This document shows positions 34,101 to 44,056 of a stretch of DNA of 64,000 nucleotides, one piece after another. This stretch comes from Candidatus Acidiferrales bacterium (lineage in GTDB: Bacteria > Acidobacteriota > Terriglobia > Acidiferrales > UBA7541). The translations under genes and the position numbers were made by a program. Below the pieces are notes generated by a model. It was not told the origin of the DNA and made no database searches. It worked only from the letters and a program-made list of their open reading frames with translations. Numbering within the stretch: position 1 is the first letter of the stretch; each line of letters begins with the position of its first letter. Location: contig DATEKA010000141.1 of the NCBI GenBank assembly GCA_035277685.1, positions 2,280 through 66,279 on the forward strand. The letters run 5' to 3'.

Positions 34101-36862
34101 ACTTCGCGAGCGACAGTCGTTACCTGGTCGGCGAAAATGTCCAGAGTGCCGGTCATGTTGTTGATAGTTTCGGCGAGGGCGGCAACTTCGCCCTTGGCCT
34201 GCACTGTGAGCTTTTGAGTTAGATCGCCATTGGCCACGGCGGTGACTACTTTCACGATGCCGCGAACCTGCTCGGTCAGATTGGCCGCCATGACGTTCAC
34301 GTTATCGGTGAGGTCCTTCCACGTTCCGGCCACACCCGGGACTTGCGCCTGCCCGCCCAATTTGCCTTCCGTGCCGACTTCGCGAGCGACGCGCGTGACT
34401 TCCGAGGCAAAGGCGTTTAGCTGATCGACCATCGTGTTGATCGTGTTCTTCAGCTCGAGAATCTCGCCTTTCACATCCACCGTGATCTTGCGGGAAAGGT
34501 CGCCGCGAGCCACAGCCGTCGTCACCTCGGCGATGTTGCGAACCTGGGCCGTGAGGTTGCTGGCCATCGAATTCACGTTATCCGTGAGATCTTTCCATGT
34601 CCCGGCCACTCCGGGGACTGTCGCCTGGCCACCCAGACGTCCTTCTGTGCCGACCTCACGGGCCACTCGAGTGACTTCCGACCCGAACGAGCGCAACTGA
34701 TCCACCATTGTGTTGATGGTCTCTTTGAGCGCAAGAATCTCGCCGCTTACGTTGACGGTGATTTTTTTCGAGAGGTCGCCGGTGGCAATAGCAGTTGAGA
34801 CTTCCGCAATATTTCGGACCTGCCCCGTAAGATTGCTTGCCATCGAGTTTACAGAATCCGTAAGGTCTTTCCACGTGCCGCCGACGCCGGGGACCACCGC
34901 TTGCCCGCCCAGCTTGCCGTCTGTTCCCACTTCGCGGGCCACGCGTGTGACTTCCGAAGCGAACGACCGCAACTGGTCCACCATAGTATTCAGGGTGTCT
35001 TTGAGGTCGAGAATCTCGCCCCGGACATTCACGGTAATCTTTCGGGACAGGTCGCCACGCGCGACTGCGGTTGCCACTTCGGCAATGTTGCGCACTTGAG
35101 CCGTTAAGTTGCTGGCCATCGAATTGACGTTGTCGGTTAAATCCTTCCACGTGCCGGCGACGCCGGAGACCTGCGCTTGGCCGCCAAGCTGCCCCTCGGT
35201 TCCGACCTCGCGAGCCACGCGGGAAACCTCGCCGGCGAAAGCGTTCAACTGATCGACCATCGTGTTGATCGTATTCTTGAGCTCGAGAATCTCGCCCTGC
35301 ACGTCGACAGCGATCTTGTGAGACAGGTCGCCGCGGGCCACGGCCGTCGTGACTTCCGCGATGTTGCGCACCTGGGCCGTCAGATTGCCGGCCATCGAAT
35401 TCACGTTGTCGGTAAGGTCTTTCCAGACGCCGGCGACCCCCGGTACCTTGGCTTGGCCGCCCAAACGCCCTTCGGTGCCGACTTCGCGGGCGACGCGCGT
35501 CACTTCACCCGCGAAGCGGTTGAGCTTATCCACCATCGTGTTCAATGTTTCTTTGAGCTGCAGTATTTCGCCGCGAACGTCTACGGTGATCTTTTTCGAG
35601 AGGTCGCCGTTGGCAATCGCCGTCGCTACTTCGGCAATGTTGCGCACTTGAGCCGTCAAGTTGCTGGCCATCGAATTGACGTTGTCGGTTAAATCCTTCC
35701 ACGTGCCAGCGACACCGGAAACCTGCGCTTGGCCGCCGAGGCGGCCTTCGGTACCGACTTCACCGGCGACGCGCGTCACTTCACCAGCGAACGCGTTGAG
35801 TTGGTCAACCATCGTGTTGATGGTGTCCTTCAGCTCCAGGATCTCGCCCTTGACGTCCACGGTGATCTTGCGTGAAAGGTCGCCACGGGCCACGGCCGTC
35901 GTGACTTCGGCGATGTTGCGAACCTGTGCCGTAAGGTTGCTGGCCATAGCATTCACGGAATCGGTGAGGTCTTTCCAGGTGCCGGCGACCCCTGGGGCGA
36001 CGGCTTGGCCGCCGAGCTTTCCGTCGGTGCCCACTTCGCGGGCTACGCGAGTAACTTCCGATGCGAAGGAACGCAGTTGGTCAACCATCGTGTTGATGGC
36101 TTCCTTGAGCTGAAGGATCTCGCCGCGCACATCAACCGTAATTTTTCGCGAAAGATCGCCGCTCGCAACCGCAGTAGCCACTTCGGCGATGTTGCGCACC
36201 TGAGACGTCAGATTACTGGCCATGAGGTTCACGGAATCTGTCAAATCCTTCCAGGTACCGGCAACGCCGGGGACAACGGCTTGGCCGCCGAGTTTTCCGT
36301 CGGTGCCCACTTCGCGGGCCACGCGAATCACTTCCGACGCGAACACGCCGAGTTGCAGGATCATCGCGTTGACGATATTCGCGGAGCGCAGGAATTCGCC
36401 TTCGAGCGGGCGGCCGTCAACATCCATGCGCACCTGCTGCGCGAGGTCGCCTTGCGCCACCGCCGCGATCGCGCGTGTAACCTCCGTGGTAGGACGAAGC
36501 AGGTCTTCGATCAGCGTGTTCAGCGAATTTTGGGTTTCTCCCCAAGCTCCTCTTGACTGGCTGAATTTGGCGCGCTCGCGAGTGCGGCCTTCCTTCCCTA
36601 CCACTTGAACGGTGCGCTTCAGTTCTTGCGCCAATTGTTGGTTTGCCGATGCGATTTCGTTGAATGTGTCGGCAATTTTTCCCGGAACGCCCGTCCAGAA
36701 ACCCGGGAGCCGCACGGAGAAGTCGCCGTCGCGCATGGTCTGGAGAGCGAGCAGAATGCCGGTCAAATCCGCCGCATCATGGTGCTCGACCGCAAACGCC
36801 GTTCCGTTCCCTCCACCGGCTGTTTGCGCCCTTGCAGTCCGTGGACTACGAGCGCTTTTCAT
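31112..36862 (-). CDS. Cytoplasmic poly-HAMP / GAF / HisKA-HATPase hybrid histidine kinase with three C-terminal receiver domains
   Basis: The ORF is about 1,916-1,924 aa. There is no TM segment. It has nine near-identical 92-aa di-HAMP units (each with [27 protein letters not shown]) plus degenerate ones. These are followed by GAF, the H-box ([11 protein letters not shown]), the ATPase and three REC domains. The start is ATG 36862 (GAGGAG upstream) or ATG 36886. Confidence 0.9.
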   Translation of the reverse strand: MKSARSPRTARAQTAGGGNGTAFAVEHHDAADLTGILLALQTMRDGDFSVRLPGFWTGVPGKIADTFNEIASANQQLAQELKRTVQVVGKEGRTRERAKFSQSRGAWGETQNSLNTLIEDLLRPTTEVTRAIAAVAQGDLAQQVRMDVDGRPLEGEFLRSANIVNAMILQLGVFASEVIRVAREVGTDGKLGGQAVVPGVAGTWKDLTDSVNLMASNLTSQVRNIAEVATAVASGDLSRKITVDVRGEILQLKEAINTMVDQLRSFASEVTRVAREVGTDGKLGGQAVAPGVAGTWKDLTDSVNAMASNLTAQVRNIAEVTTAVARGDLSRKITVDVKGEILELKDTINTMVDQLNAFAGEVTRVAGEVGTEGRLGGQAQVSGVAGTWKDLTDNVNSMASNLTAQVRNIAEVATAIANGDLSKKITVDVRGEILQLKETLNTMVDKLNRFAGEVTRVAREVGTEGRLGGQAKVPGVAGVWKDLTDNVNSMAGNLTAQVRNIAEVTTAVARGDLSHKIAVDVQGEILELKNTINTMVDQLNAFAGEVSRVAREVGTEGQLGGQAQVSGVAGTWKDLTDNVNSMASNLTAQVRNIAEVATAVARGDLSRKITVNVRGEILDLKDTLNTMVDQLRSFASEVTRVAREVGTDGKLGGQAVVPGVGGTWKDLTDSVNSMASNLTGQVRNIAEVSTAIATGDLSKKITVNVSGEILALKETINTMVDQLRSFGSEVTRVAREVGTEGRLGGQATVPGVAGTWKDLTDNVNSMASNLTAQVRNIAEVTTAVARGDLSRKITVDVKGEILELKNTINTMVDQLNAFASEVTRVAREVGTEGKLGGQAQVPGVAGTWKDLTDNVNVMAANLTEQVRGIVKVVTAVANGDLTQKLTVQAKGEVAALAETINNMTGTLDIFADQVTTVAREVGVEGRLGGQANVPGAAGTWKDLTGNVNLLADNLTNQVRAIAEVATAVTKGDLTRSIQVEARGEVAELKDNINTMIGNLRLTTERNTEQDWLKTNLARFTGMLQGRRDLAEVARMLLSELASLVNAQQAVMYRMDSGDLGGLSLLSSFAETAEDGHPPHLYLGEGLIGQCGVEKRRMLITDLPSNTAPIRSGLFQAVPRSVIVLPVVFEGRLKAVIELASLSNFTAPHLAFLEQLTDSIGIVLNSIEATMQTEGLLKQSQQLAAELQAQQKELQQTNDELALKAHQLAEQNVEVERKNQEIEQARRALEEKAKELALTSKYKSEFLANMSHELRTPLNSILVLGQQLSENPDGRLSPKQVEFARTIHAAGTDLLNLISDILDLSKIESGTVSVEAENVSLASLLEAVARPFRHEAESKKLSFEVSAQPRLSRSLITDSKRLQQVLKNLLSNAFKFTEKGGVRLSVSAAESGWSNDHSILNGSPSVIAFAVADTGIGIPFDKQRSIFEAFQQADAGTSRKYGGTGLGLAISRELANLLGGEIQLFSAPGKGSTFTLYLPQRYVGPAITIPEKSSSVSVSVHPVELASAGQNSAGESIDDDRDNLQPADSVLLIVEDDPHYARVLRDLARDKGFRAVVAQRGADALAFAAKFRPSAVSLDVFLPDMLGWTILNHLKQDPATRHIPVQVLTLDEDRQHGLACGAFSFMTKPATKEGLDAALKCLKDYSASRQKHLLIVEDNPAEQFSVRELLAHDDIVISAVSTGEEALNTLRKDRFDCVVLDLSLPDMSGFDVLERLRETPALNDLPVVVFTGRELSPEEDARIRSLARSVVVKGVESPERLLDETALFLHRVMADLPPEKRKMLDRLHGSDEALVGRKVLIVDDDVRNIFALSSVLERRGMEILTAGTGREAVETLEQTPEIAIVLMDIMMPQMDGYETMQVIRQNRLFRRLPIIALTAKAMKGDREKCLEAGASEYLAKPVNTEQLLAVLRMWLHR
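33990..36370 (-). repeat. Tandem ~276-bp coding repeats (di-HAMP units) inside the giant kinase gene
   Basis: The protein has a 92-aa periodicity. The antisense track ORFs repeat the same strings ([10 protein letters not shown]...[13 protein letters not shown]) about every 276 nt. The boundaries are approximate. Confidence 0.8.
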
Positions 36863-37211
36863 CGCATTCTCTCTCCTCGACAACATGAAGATTCGACTCG
36901 GTCCGCAAAGAAGCGCCTTTGCGGCAGGCGGAGATCAGCGGCTCGCAGACGACCGAAAATACGTGAAGGTAGGGGCGCTTGGCCCGCCTGACTCCCGTAC
37001 GTCCGCTGGCCGATAATTCACAGGGAAATACTTTCCTAGCGGGCGACAGCACAATCGGCTTGAATAGCACAATCAGCTGGCGAAGACTCTACAGGGTTAC
37101 CTGTATTTGCTCCGATGGAGTTACCTGATCGAATTCTTACGATACAGCCCGAAATGGAATCCAACGGGTCGGCAATCGCTGGACAAATAGCAATCCTGAG
37201 CTAAGGTCAGG

Positions 37212-38372
37212 TTATAGCGTTATAGCGCGGAGCGTTTCGTCGATGGCGTCAAACGCGAAATCGATTTCTTCATCCTTATTGTAGAAGTGCGGCGAAATTC
37301 TGACGCCGGCGCCTGGCCGCCAGTCTACGAGAATGTCGCGCTTAAGCAGCGCCGCGCTGACCTCCTTCGAATGCGGCATATCCACCGCTACGGTGCCGCC
37401 GCGGCGTTCGGGATCCCGCGGCGCGCTCACGTGCCAGCCGCGCTGGTCGGCGAGCCAGATAATCCGGGCGCTCAGCCGTTTGGATTTTTCGCGCACTGCA
37501 CGCATATCGAGTTCGCGCAGAATCTTCAAACCAGGCCCGGCTGCGTACAAGGCCGGAATATTCGGCGTGCCATTCAGGAAGCGGTACGGCCCTTGCGCAT
37601 AGCGCGTTGGCCCGATTTCGAAAGCAAACGGTTCCTCATGCGCGACCCAACCCGTAAATTTCGGTTCCAGCTCCCGAGCGAGATCGGGACGCACGTACAG
37701 GTAGGCTGTTCCCGGTCCTCCGCAGAGCCACTTCAGAACGCCTCCGCAGGCAAAATCCGCGTTCCAGGCTTGCACGTCAACCGCAACTCCCGAGCCGAGC
37801 GATTGAAAGGTGTCGAGAATCACGTGCGCGCCGACGCGATGGGCCTTTTCGCAAATCGCCTGCGCGTCATTGATGTAAGAGCTGCGGAAAATCACGTGCG
37901 AGACGGGGACGAGTAACGTTTCATCGTCAATGGCATCGAGCAGACGTTCCGTAGGTACTTCGATTCCGTTCTCGCTGTGCACCATCTGGACGCGCGCTCC
38001 GCGCGACCGCTGCGCCTCCCAGAAGTACATGACGGAGGGGAAATTCAGATCGCTATATACGATCTTGTTGCGCTTCCCGCCAAAATCGAAGCAGGACGCG
38101 ACCACCTGCTGGCACTGCGTAACATTGCCGTGAATCGCCACTGAATTCGCCGGCGCGTTCATCAGGCCGCCAATCTGATTCCCGACGTCCAACGCCAGCA
38201 TCCACCATTTCTCCTCCCAGGCGCGAACGCCGCGCGCGGCCCACATCCCTGCGTAATTTTTGAGAGAGTCGCTGACTCCGCGCGGCATTGCGCCCAGAGA
38301 GTTGCTGATGAGATAGGTCGTCTGTTCAAGGATTGTAAACTCCGGGCGATACCGGAGGAACGAGTCCGTCAC
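37212..38372 (-). CDS. kynU: Kynureninase-family PLP-dependent hydrolase
   Basis: Shows YLISNSLGAMP, DFACGGVLKWLCGGPGTAYLYV (PLP-Lys context), TGWVAHEEPFAFE...RFLNGTP and VDWRPGAGVRISPHFY, which parallel the kynureninase motifs. The GTG start overlaps the permease TGA (GTGA). Confidence 0.7.
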   Translation of the reverse strand: MTDSFLRYRPEFTILEQTTYLISNSLGAMPRGVSDSLKNYAGMWAARGVRAWEEKWWMLALDVGNQIGGLMNAPANSVAIHGNVTQCQQVVASCFDFGGKRNKIVYSDLNFPSVMYFWEAQRSRGARVQMVHSENGIEVPTERLLDAIDDETLLVPVSHVIFRSSYINDAQAICEKAHRVGAHVILDTFQSLGSGVAVDVQAWNADFACGGVLKWLCGGPGTAYLYVRPDLARELEPKFTGWVAHEEPFAFEIGPTRYAQGPYRFLNGTPNIPALYAAGPGLKILRELDMRAVREKSKRLSARIIWLADQRGWHVSAPRDPERRGGTVAVDMPHSKEVSAALLKRDILVDWRPGAGVRISPHFYNKDEEIDFAFDAIDETLRAITL

Positions 38373-39721
38373 ACGAGCACCTTTCTGCGAGCGCGGTATC
38401 TCTCGACCATCAGATAGAAGAAGGTGAGCAGAAACAGATACGGCGCGGCGGTCAGAATAGTAATCCGAAGCTGCGGCGCCCACCATGTCAACCCGATGGC
38501 GATGACGATTCCAACCAGCGCAACGAGGGACATTACGGCGCCACCGGGCGCGCGCATCGGAAGAGATGCGATTTCTTCGCGCGACAACTTTTTGCGCATC
38601 GCAATGTGCGAAGCCAGCGCGATGCACCACGCCAGCATTCCGCCGACAAGAGAAGCGCCGATGATGTACAGGAAGGCGTTCTCGGGAGTCAGATACTGAA
38701 CGATAAGGGCGATCACGATTCCCGAAGCGGAGACCAGGAGGGCATTCCTCGGCGAACCCGTCTTCGACAATTCGGCGAGTTTGGCGGGCGCATAGCCGGA
38801 TTCGGCCAGCGAGTACAGCATGCGCGACGTCACGTAGAGGCTGGCGTTCGCTCCCGAAAGAGCCGCAGTCAACACGACAAAGTCCATAATGCTCGATATC
38901 GCCGGGATGTGTGCCACCTGAAAGACGGTCACAAATGGACTCTGCGCGACGCCTACTTTATTCCACGGCACAACGCCCACCAGGACGGCCGACGCGCACA
39001 CGTACACGAATGTTAGAACCCCGAACGTTATGTACGTGGCGCGCACGATCTCCCGCGTTGAACGAGCCTCGCCTGAGGAGATGGCTACCATTTCGGTTCC
39101 GAGATAACTGAACAGAGCAAACGAAAGCGCGAGAAACGGACCTGCGGCGCCCCGCGCGAAAAAGCCGCCGTCGTTGGTGTAGTGCGAGGGGACCTTGCCC
39201 CCAAGCAAAAGTCCTGCCCCAATAAGAACGAAGGCAGCAATGATGACGACCTTGATCATCGCGAACCAATATTCGAAACTGCCGAAATCGTGGACGTCAC
39301 GCAGATTTATGAACAAAAGTACCGCAGCGAAACCAGCGATCCATGCGGGAGCGGGAATCCGCGGAAACCAGTAGCGCATATAAATGGCGGACGCCACGAA
39401 CTCCGCGCTGATTGCAATCACCAGCGAAAACCAGTATCCGTATCGAGAAACGAACCCAGCCCAGCGATTAAGATACTTGTCGGCGTAGACGCCAAACGAG
39501 CCGGCGGCCGGGTGCAGGCTCGACATTTCGCCAAGCGCCATCGTCACCGCAAAGGCGATCACGGCGCCCAAAATGTAGGTCAGGACGACGGCCGGTCCGG
39601 CTACGTCAACGGCAGCTCCGGACCCGAGAAGAAGACCCGTTCCGATCGATCCGCCGATGGCGACCATCGCCATTTGGCCAGCGGTCAGCTCGTGACGTAA
39701 CTGTTCGCTTTTCTGCGCCAT
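38369..39721 (-). CDS. APC-superfamily amino acid permease (AAT/AroP-LysP-like)
   Basis: 450 aa with 12 predicted helices. It shows MVAIGGSIGTGLLLGSG and SLHPAAGSFGVYADKYLNRWAGFVSRYGYWF. Confidence 0.88.
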   Translation of the reverse strand: MAQKSEQLRHELTAGQMAMVAIGGSIGTGLLLGSGAAVDVAGPAVVLTYILGAVIAFAVTMALGEMSSLHPAAGSFGVYADKYLNRWAGFVSRYGYWFSLVIAISAEFVASAIYMRYWFPRIPAPAWIAGFAAVLLFINLRDVHDFGSFEYWFAMIKVVIIAAFVLIGAGLLLGGKVPSHYTNDGGFFARGAAGPFLALSFALFSYLGTEMVAISSGEARSTREIVRATYITFGVLTFVYVCASAVLVGVVPWNKVGVAQSPFVTVFQVAHIPAISSIMDFVVLTAALSGANASLYVTSRMLYSLAESGYAPAKLAELSKTGSPRNALLVSASGIVIALIVQYLTPENAFLYIIGASLVGGMLAWCIALASHIAMRKKLSREEIASLPMRAPGGAVMSLVALVGIVIAIGLTWWAPQLRITILTAAPYLFLLTFFYLMVERYRARRKVLV

Positions 39722-39978
39722 GGACGAAGGAGAGTAGCGCAGTCCGCCCCGCGTCTGCCAGCAGGATTAGGTCAATCTCCCGCATTCGCTCCGCTTCGGG
39801 CAAGACGCAGTGCGTCATTCTGGGCAGCAAGGTCGCCGGCGAGCGCGGCCATGTGAGACTCCCGCTGCGGAAGCCTCACGGTTCTTCCCGCAGCGTGGTT
39901 TCGCCTAAACCCGCGCCGAAGACTTGAAAAATGCCACGTTTCTGTGAGCCATTATCTCGGGGCTGGACCGGTAAGGGG

Positions 39979-40053
39979 TGGTGCCGGCGGCTGGACTCGA
40001 ACCAGCGACCTAGGGATTATGAGACCCTCGCTCTACCTCTGAGCTACACCGGC
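39979..40053 (-). tRNA. tRNA with CAU anticodon (elongator tRNA-Met, or tRNA-Ile2 if lysidinylated), CCA encoded
   Basis: I folded the cloverleaf by hand. The acceptor stem is GCCGGTG/CGCCGGC and the D-stem is GCTC/GAGC. The anticodon loop is CT-CAT-AA and the T-arm is GCTGG-TTCGAGT-CCAGC. The discriminator A is followed by CCA. It is not an initiator, because it has a G1-C72 pair and no GGG/CCC at 29-31/39-41. Confidence 0.85.
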
Positions 40054-40097
40054 ACGAAGGGATCAGTCTCTTGGATTGAAGAAAGCTCGCAAATTTG

Positions 40098-40126
40098 ATG
40101 CTACGGATGGCGTCGCAACGTGTCAA
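40098..40126 (-). promoter_or_regulatory. Candidate sigma-70 promoter for the tRNA gene
   Basis: The minus strand reads TTGACA (40126-40121), 17 nt, TAGCAT (40103-40098). This is about 45 nt upstream of the tRNA 5' end. Confidence 0.4.
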
Positions 40127-40437
40127 GCGAGGCCGGGAAACGTACCCCAGGGCAACGGACCTTCAATTTCGAATTCGATGCAGACCGCGACCCGCACGGT
40201 GCCCCTGGGGATTGCGCAGAAACAAAGCCGTTTATTTCGCGCGCCCGAGCAGGGCGACCAGAACCTCCATCGCGCGCGCATCGATCTCCCGCAATGTCCG
40301 ATAGGCCGCCGCGAGCGTACGCGCAGCCTTGGCGACTTTTTCTCCGAAAATTCGGAAGCCTGTTCGCATGGACGCCGAATCTTCTCAAGCCCCCCACTCG
40401 AGGATCAAGCATTTTCCGTCCTCGCGCTGCTTACGAG

Positions 40438-40869
40438 TCAGCGTTTGGCTAGAGGAATCACCAAACGCAGGGCTGTATGCGTTTCCGAAAAGCGGCAAAC
40501 CTTGTTGTCCACGAGTCCAGCCGCCTTCCCCGCCGCGATGACGTCCGCTTCCCGGATATGAGCTTGCCCCTTTGGATAAACCGCCCAGATCGTGCCGTTC
40601 CTGCGAATCATCTCCGCGAGTGATTTCAGGCGAGGCAAGTCGTCAACTCCGCTCATGCCAACCAAAATCATGTCCAGACCGTTCACCACCGAATCGCGCA
40701 AAACGTTTGGGACGCGAAAGGAAAGCTCGCCGAGAAACGACGTGTCCTCGATACACAGAACCGCGATGGACTGTCCCATCTTGATTCCGAGCTTGTCGAG
40801 CAACGACCGATGCGAATAGTCGCGCTCGGCGGGACGCGCACTCTTGCCCTTAGTTCTCGAGAGCGGCAC
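40438..40869 (-). CDS. DUF3052-family protein
   Basis: Shows YSHRSLLDKLGIKMGQSIAVL...MILVGMSGVDDL...GTIWAVYPKG.... GTG 40869 has GGAGGA 6 nt upstream, and the track start is TTG 40875. Confidence 0.7.
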   Translation of the reverse strand: MPLSRTKGKSARPAERDYSHRSLLDKLGIKMGQSIAVLCIEDTSFLGELSFRVPNVLRDSVVNGLDMILVGMSGVDDLPRLKSLAEMIRRNGTIWAVYPKGQAHIREADVIAAGKAAGLVDNKVCRFSETHTALRLVIPLAKR

Positions 40870-40964
40870 GAGCAATCCTCCGCAGCGCAGCGCCGCGAAT
40901 TATACGCGTGTTTACGCGCCGGCCATGCGCCATAATCCGGGCTCCAGGAATCCGAGGAGGTCCC

Positions 40965-41435
40965 GTGCATATCCTGCCCGGCCTGAAAGCTGCCCTGAAC
41001 GCTCACCCGATCTTCGTGCACTTCCCGATCGTACTGTGGCTCACCGCGCTGCTTTTCGAGCTGCTCGCGGTCTGGCGCGGAAGCGACGAAATGCAGCGCA
41101 CTGCATCGCGCATGCTTTACCTCGGAACGCTCGCCGCGGCAGTGGCGATCGCAACCGGACTCGCCGCAGAAAATTCTCTTCCACCAGGGGGCGCGCAGCG
41201 GGTGGTCGGTATTCACGAGACGCTGATGCTGGTTGCCTCGAGCCTGGCCCTGATTCTTTGCATATTCGCGTTCGTCCGGCGCGGGAGTTTCACGACGGAA
41301 TTGCGCAAGTGGATGCTGCTCGGGCTGTTTATTCTTGCCGTTCTGTTGACGTTGGGCGCGGATCGCGGAGCGGAACTCGTGTACGGCTACGGTGCGAACG
41401 TGACTTGGTCCATGGCGCAGCCCCAAAAGAAGTGA
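40965..41435 (+). CDS. DUF2231-like integral membrane protein
   Basis: Starts VHILPGLKAALNAHPIFVHFPIVLWLTALLFELLAVW and has four hydrophobic helices. GTG 40965 is preceded by GAGGAGG, and the track start is 40908. Confidence 0.65.
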   Translation: MHILPGLKAALNAHPIFVHFPIVLWLTALLFELLAVWRGSDEMQRTASRMLYLGTLAAAVAIATGLAAENSLPPGGAQRVVGIHETLMLVASSLALILCIFAFVRRGSFTTELRKWMLLGLFILAVLLTLGADRGAELVYGYGANVTWSMAQPQKK

Positions 41436-41456
41436 TTCGCGACAGGAGTTATCAGC

Positions 41457-42014
41457 ATGAAAAACCCGAAACAGCGGGGCCGGATGAGCGAGGAAACGAT
41501 CAGGGAGAAGACCCGCAAAAAGAGCGCCGAGTGGTTCCAGATCCTCGACAAAGCAGGCGCGAGCGCGTGGGAGCACCGCCAGATTGCAGCATTTCTCGGT
41601 AAAGAAGAAAAAGTGTCGCCGTGGTGGGCGCAGATGCTGTCGGTCGCTTACGAGCGCGAGCGCGGCATCCGGCAAAGGTTTCAAAAGTGCGATGGCCGGT
41701 TTTCAGCGTCGGCGAGCCGGACAATGAACGTACCCCTATCGAAGCTGTTCGCGGCCTGGGCCGAGGAGAAGTTGCGGCGCAAGTGGTTGGCCGGCGCTGA
41801 TCTGGAAGTCACCACCATTACAAAGGACAAATATTTCCGGGCGAAATGGGACGGCGGAAAAAGCCGGCTGAGCGTCGGCTTCTACGCGAAAGGAACTGCG
41901 AAGAGCCAGGTTGCGGTGGATCACGAAGCGCTGGTGGATTCAGCTCAATGCTTGCGGATGAAGAGGTATTGGTCCGACGCCCTGGACCGCCTGCAGGTTA
42001 AGCTCAAAGGCTAG
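41457..42014 (+). CDS. DUF4287 plus SRPBCC-like domain protein
   Basis: The N-terminal part is IREKTRKKSAEWFQILDKAGA...HRQIAAFL.... The C-terminal part is an AHSA1/SRPBCC-like beta-rich segment. AGGAG lies 8 nt upstream of the ATG. Confidence 0.55.
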   Translation: MKNPKQRGRMSEETIREKTRKKSAEWFQILDKAGASAWEHRQIAAFLGKEEKVSPWWAQMLSVAYERERGIRQRFQKCDGRFSASASRTMNVPLSKLFAAWAEEKLRRKWLAGADLEVTTITKDKYFRAKWDGGKSRLSVGFYAKGTAKSQVAVDHEALVDSAQCLRMKRYWSDALDRLQVKLKG

Positions 42015-42057
42015 CCGTCCCGATTCGGCGCGGCTGTGCCGCTGCGGAAGAGTGGAA

Positions 42058-43779
42058 CTAATATTCGCCCGCAGTGCCTTCCAGGAAAGCGCGGAGCTTG
42101 CGCGACCGCGACGGATGCCGCAGCTTGCGCAGTGCTTTGGCCTCGATCTGCCGGATGCGCTCGCGAGTGACGGCGAAGGACTGGCCGACTTCCTCGAGCG
42201 TATGCTCGCTGCCGTCGTCCAGACCGAAACGCATCTTGATCACCTTTTCTTCCCGCGGCGTAAGCGTCTTGAGCACCGATGAAGTCTGTTCCTTCAAGCT
42301 CAGGTTGATCACAGCATCGGACGGCGACACGACCGCTTTGTCCTCGATGAAGTCGCCAAGGTGCGAGTCTTCCTCTTCGCCGATCGGAGTTTCCAGAGAA
42401 ATCGGCTCCTGCGCAATCTTCAAAATCTTGCGGACCTTCGCGACGGGAATATCCATCCGCTTGGCAATTTCCTCGGAAGTAGGCTCGCGCCCGAGCTCCT
42501 GGACCAGTTGCCGCTGCGTGCGGACGAGCTTGTTGATCGTCTCGATCATGTGTACGGGGATGCGGATCGTTCGAGCTTGATCGGCGATCGCCCGCGTGAT
42601 CGCCTGGCGAATCCACCACGTGGCGTACGTCGAAAACTTGTACCCGCGGCGCCATTCGAATTTGTCCACTGCCTTCATCAGGCCGATGTTGCCTTCCTGG
42701 ATCAGGTCCAGGAACTGCAAGCCGCGATTCGTGTATTTCTTCGCGATCGACACGACGAGACGAAGATTGGCCTCGATCAATTCCTTTTTCGCCTGCTCCG
42801 CTTCCACTTCGCCGCGAACGATCACCTGAATCGCGCGCTTCAGCTCGGTCGGGCTGATTTCGATCGCGCGCTCGATTTCCTCAAGTTCCTGGCGCCGGGT
42901 TTTCAGTTCCTTGCGCGCTTCCGCCTGCACCTCCGCTTTCGACGCTTCGACGCGGCGCTCCAGCTTGACGATTTCACGCTCTAGAAACTGAACGCGCTCC
43001 ACCGTCTGCCGAATCTTGTCGATTAGCCGCTTCTTCTCGAACGGGTTGAAATCGATCTCGCGCACCAATTGCGACATCTGCACGCGCGTGCGAGCCAGCG
43101 CAGTCCTCACGTGGATGTACGGCCGTTTCTTGGATCGCGGGGTCCTGTCCAGCTTGATCGCAAGCTTCAGGCCCTGCTCGTAAAGCTTGGCGATGCGATC
43201 GATCTGCTTGAGCGTCTCCTTGGTTTTCTGCTCGATCTTGTCTTCCGTCAGTTCCTCGTCGTCGAACTGGACGATTTCCTTGATCGAGCGGGCGCGGTTG
43301 CGCAGATCGTCGCCAATCTGCAGAATTTCTTTCAAAATCAGCGGGGCGCGCGAGATCGTTTTCAGAACCAGCAACTGCCCGCGCTCGATGCGCTTGGCGA
43401 TAGCCACTTCGCCTTCGCGCGTAAGCAGCGGAACGGTGCCCATTTCGCGCAAGTACATGCGCACCGGATCGTTTGTCTTTTCCAGAGCGCCGGGGGTCAG
43501 GTCAAGATCTACCTCGGTCTCGGTGCTCGACTCTTCCTTGATGATCTCGCCGCCGTCGCCCTCCGCGCTGGCCAGCGCGGCTTTCGCGCTCGACAGGTCT
43601 TCGTAAACATCAATCCCGTAGCGCTCGAACGTCGAGAGCAGGTCGTCAATCTCCTCCGAGGAGTGCACCTCGGCAGGCAGGATATCGTTCACCTCATCGT
43701 AGAGCAGATATCCCCGCTCCTTGCCCATGGCGATGAGCTGCCGAACCTGATCGTATTTTTCCTCAAGAGCCAACGTCAC
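42058..43779 (-). CDS. rpoD: Primary RNA polymerase sigma factor (sigma-70)
   Basis: Shows region 1.1/1.2, [46 protein letters not shown], and region 4 [30 protein letters not shown]. Confidence 0.97.
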   Translation of the reverse strand: MTLALEEKYDQVRQLIAMGKERGYLLYDEVNDILPAEVHSSEEIDDLLSTFERYGIDVYEDLSSAKAALASAEGDGGEIIKEESSTETEVDLDLTPGALEKTNDPVRMYLREMGTVPLLTREGEVAIAKRIERGQLLVLKTISRAPLILKEILQIGDDLRNRARSIKEIVQFDDEELTEDKIEQKTKETLKQIDRIAKLYEQGLKLAIKLDRTPRSKKRPYIHVRTALARTRVQMSQLVREIDFNPFEKKRLIDKIRQTVERVQFLEREIVKLERRVEASKAEVQAEARKELKTRRQELEEIERAIEISPTELKRAIQVIVRGEVEAEQAKKELIEANLRLVVSIAKKYTNRGLQFLDLIQEGNIGLMKAVDKFEWRRGYKFSTYATWWIRQAITRAIADQARTIRIPVHMIETINKLVRTQRQLVQELGREPTSEEIAKRMDIPVAKVRKILKIAQEPISLETPIGEEEDSHLGDFIEDKAVVSPSDAVINLSLKEQTSSVLKTLTPREEKVIKMRFGLDDGSEHTLEEVGQSFAVTRERIRQIEAKALRKLRHPSRSRKLRAFLEGTAGEY

Positions 43780-44056
43780 TCTTTGTCTCCCTCAAAAAAG
43801 TGGATTGCGCGAAGGACTTCCCTGCTCGCCTCGACCGGACTCGTACACTCGGCCGGCTTCCTGTTTCATATTTTGACGGATAAGACTTAAGAAGGTCCCT
43901 CAAAACCGCTCTGCTCAAGAAGCCAAGCACAGTCCCCCGCGCCGACGCACGTTCTATAAGATGCTGAATCCGCGCGCTTCGTTTCGCCCGAAACCCTCTA
44001 AGAATACAACAGCAAATCTCAAAGCGTCAACGCGAATGCCGTAAGTGCCACCCTCT

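Noticed and set aside
33996-36608. Series of plus-strand ORFs with repeating [10 protein letters not shown]...[13 protein letters not shown] strings
   Set aside because: The repetition only mirrors the HAMP tandem repeats on the opposite strand. The composition (S/T/P/R) is typical of antisense frames.
40232-40369. 45-aa minus-strand ORF MRTGFRIFGEKVAKAARTLAAAYRTLREIDARAMEVLVALLGRAK downstream of the DUF3052 gene
   Set aside because: The sequence looks helical and plausible. However, it has no SD and no recognisable family, and it sits in a region with several equally long random ORFs. The evidence is insufficient.
40683-41684. 333-aa minus-strand ORF spanning the DUF3052 start, the DUF2231 gene and the DUF4287 start
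   Set aside because: It is Arg-rich and low-complexity. It is antisense to two plus-strand genes that have good SDs and recognisable membrane or domain patterns.
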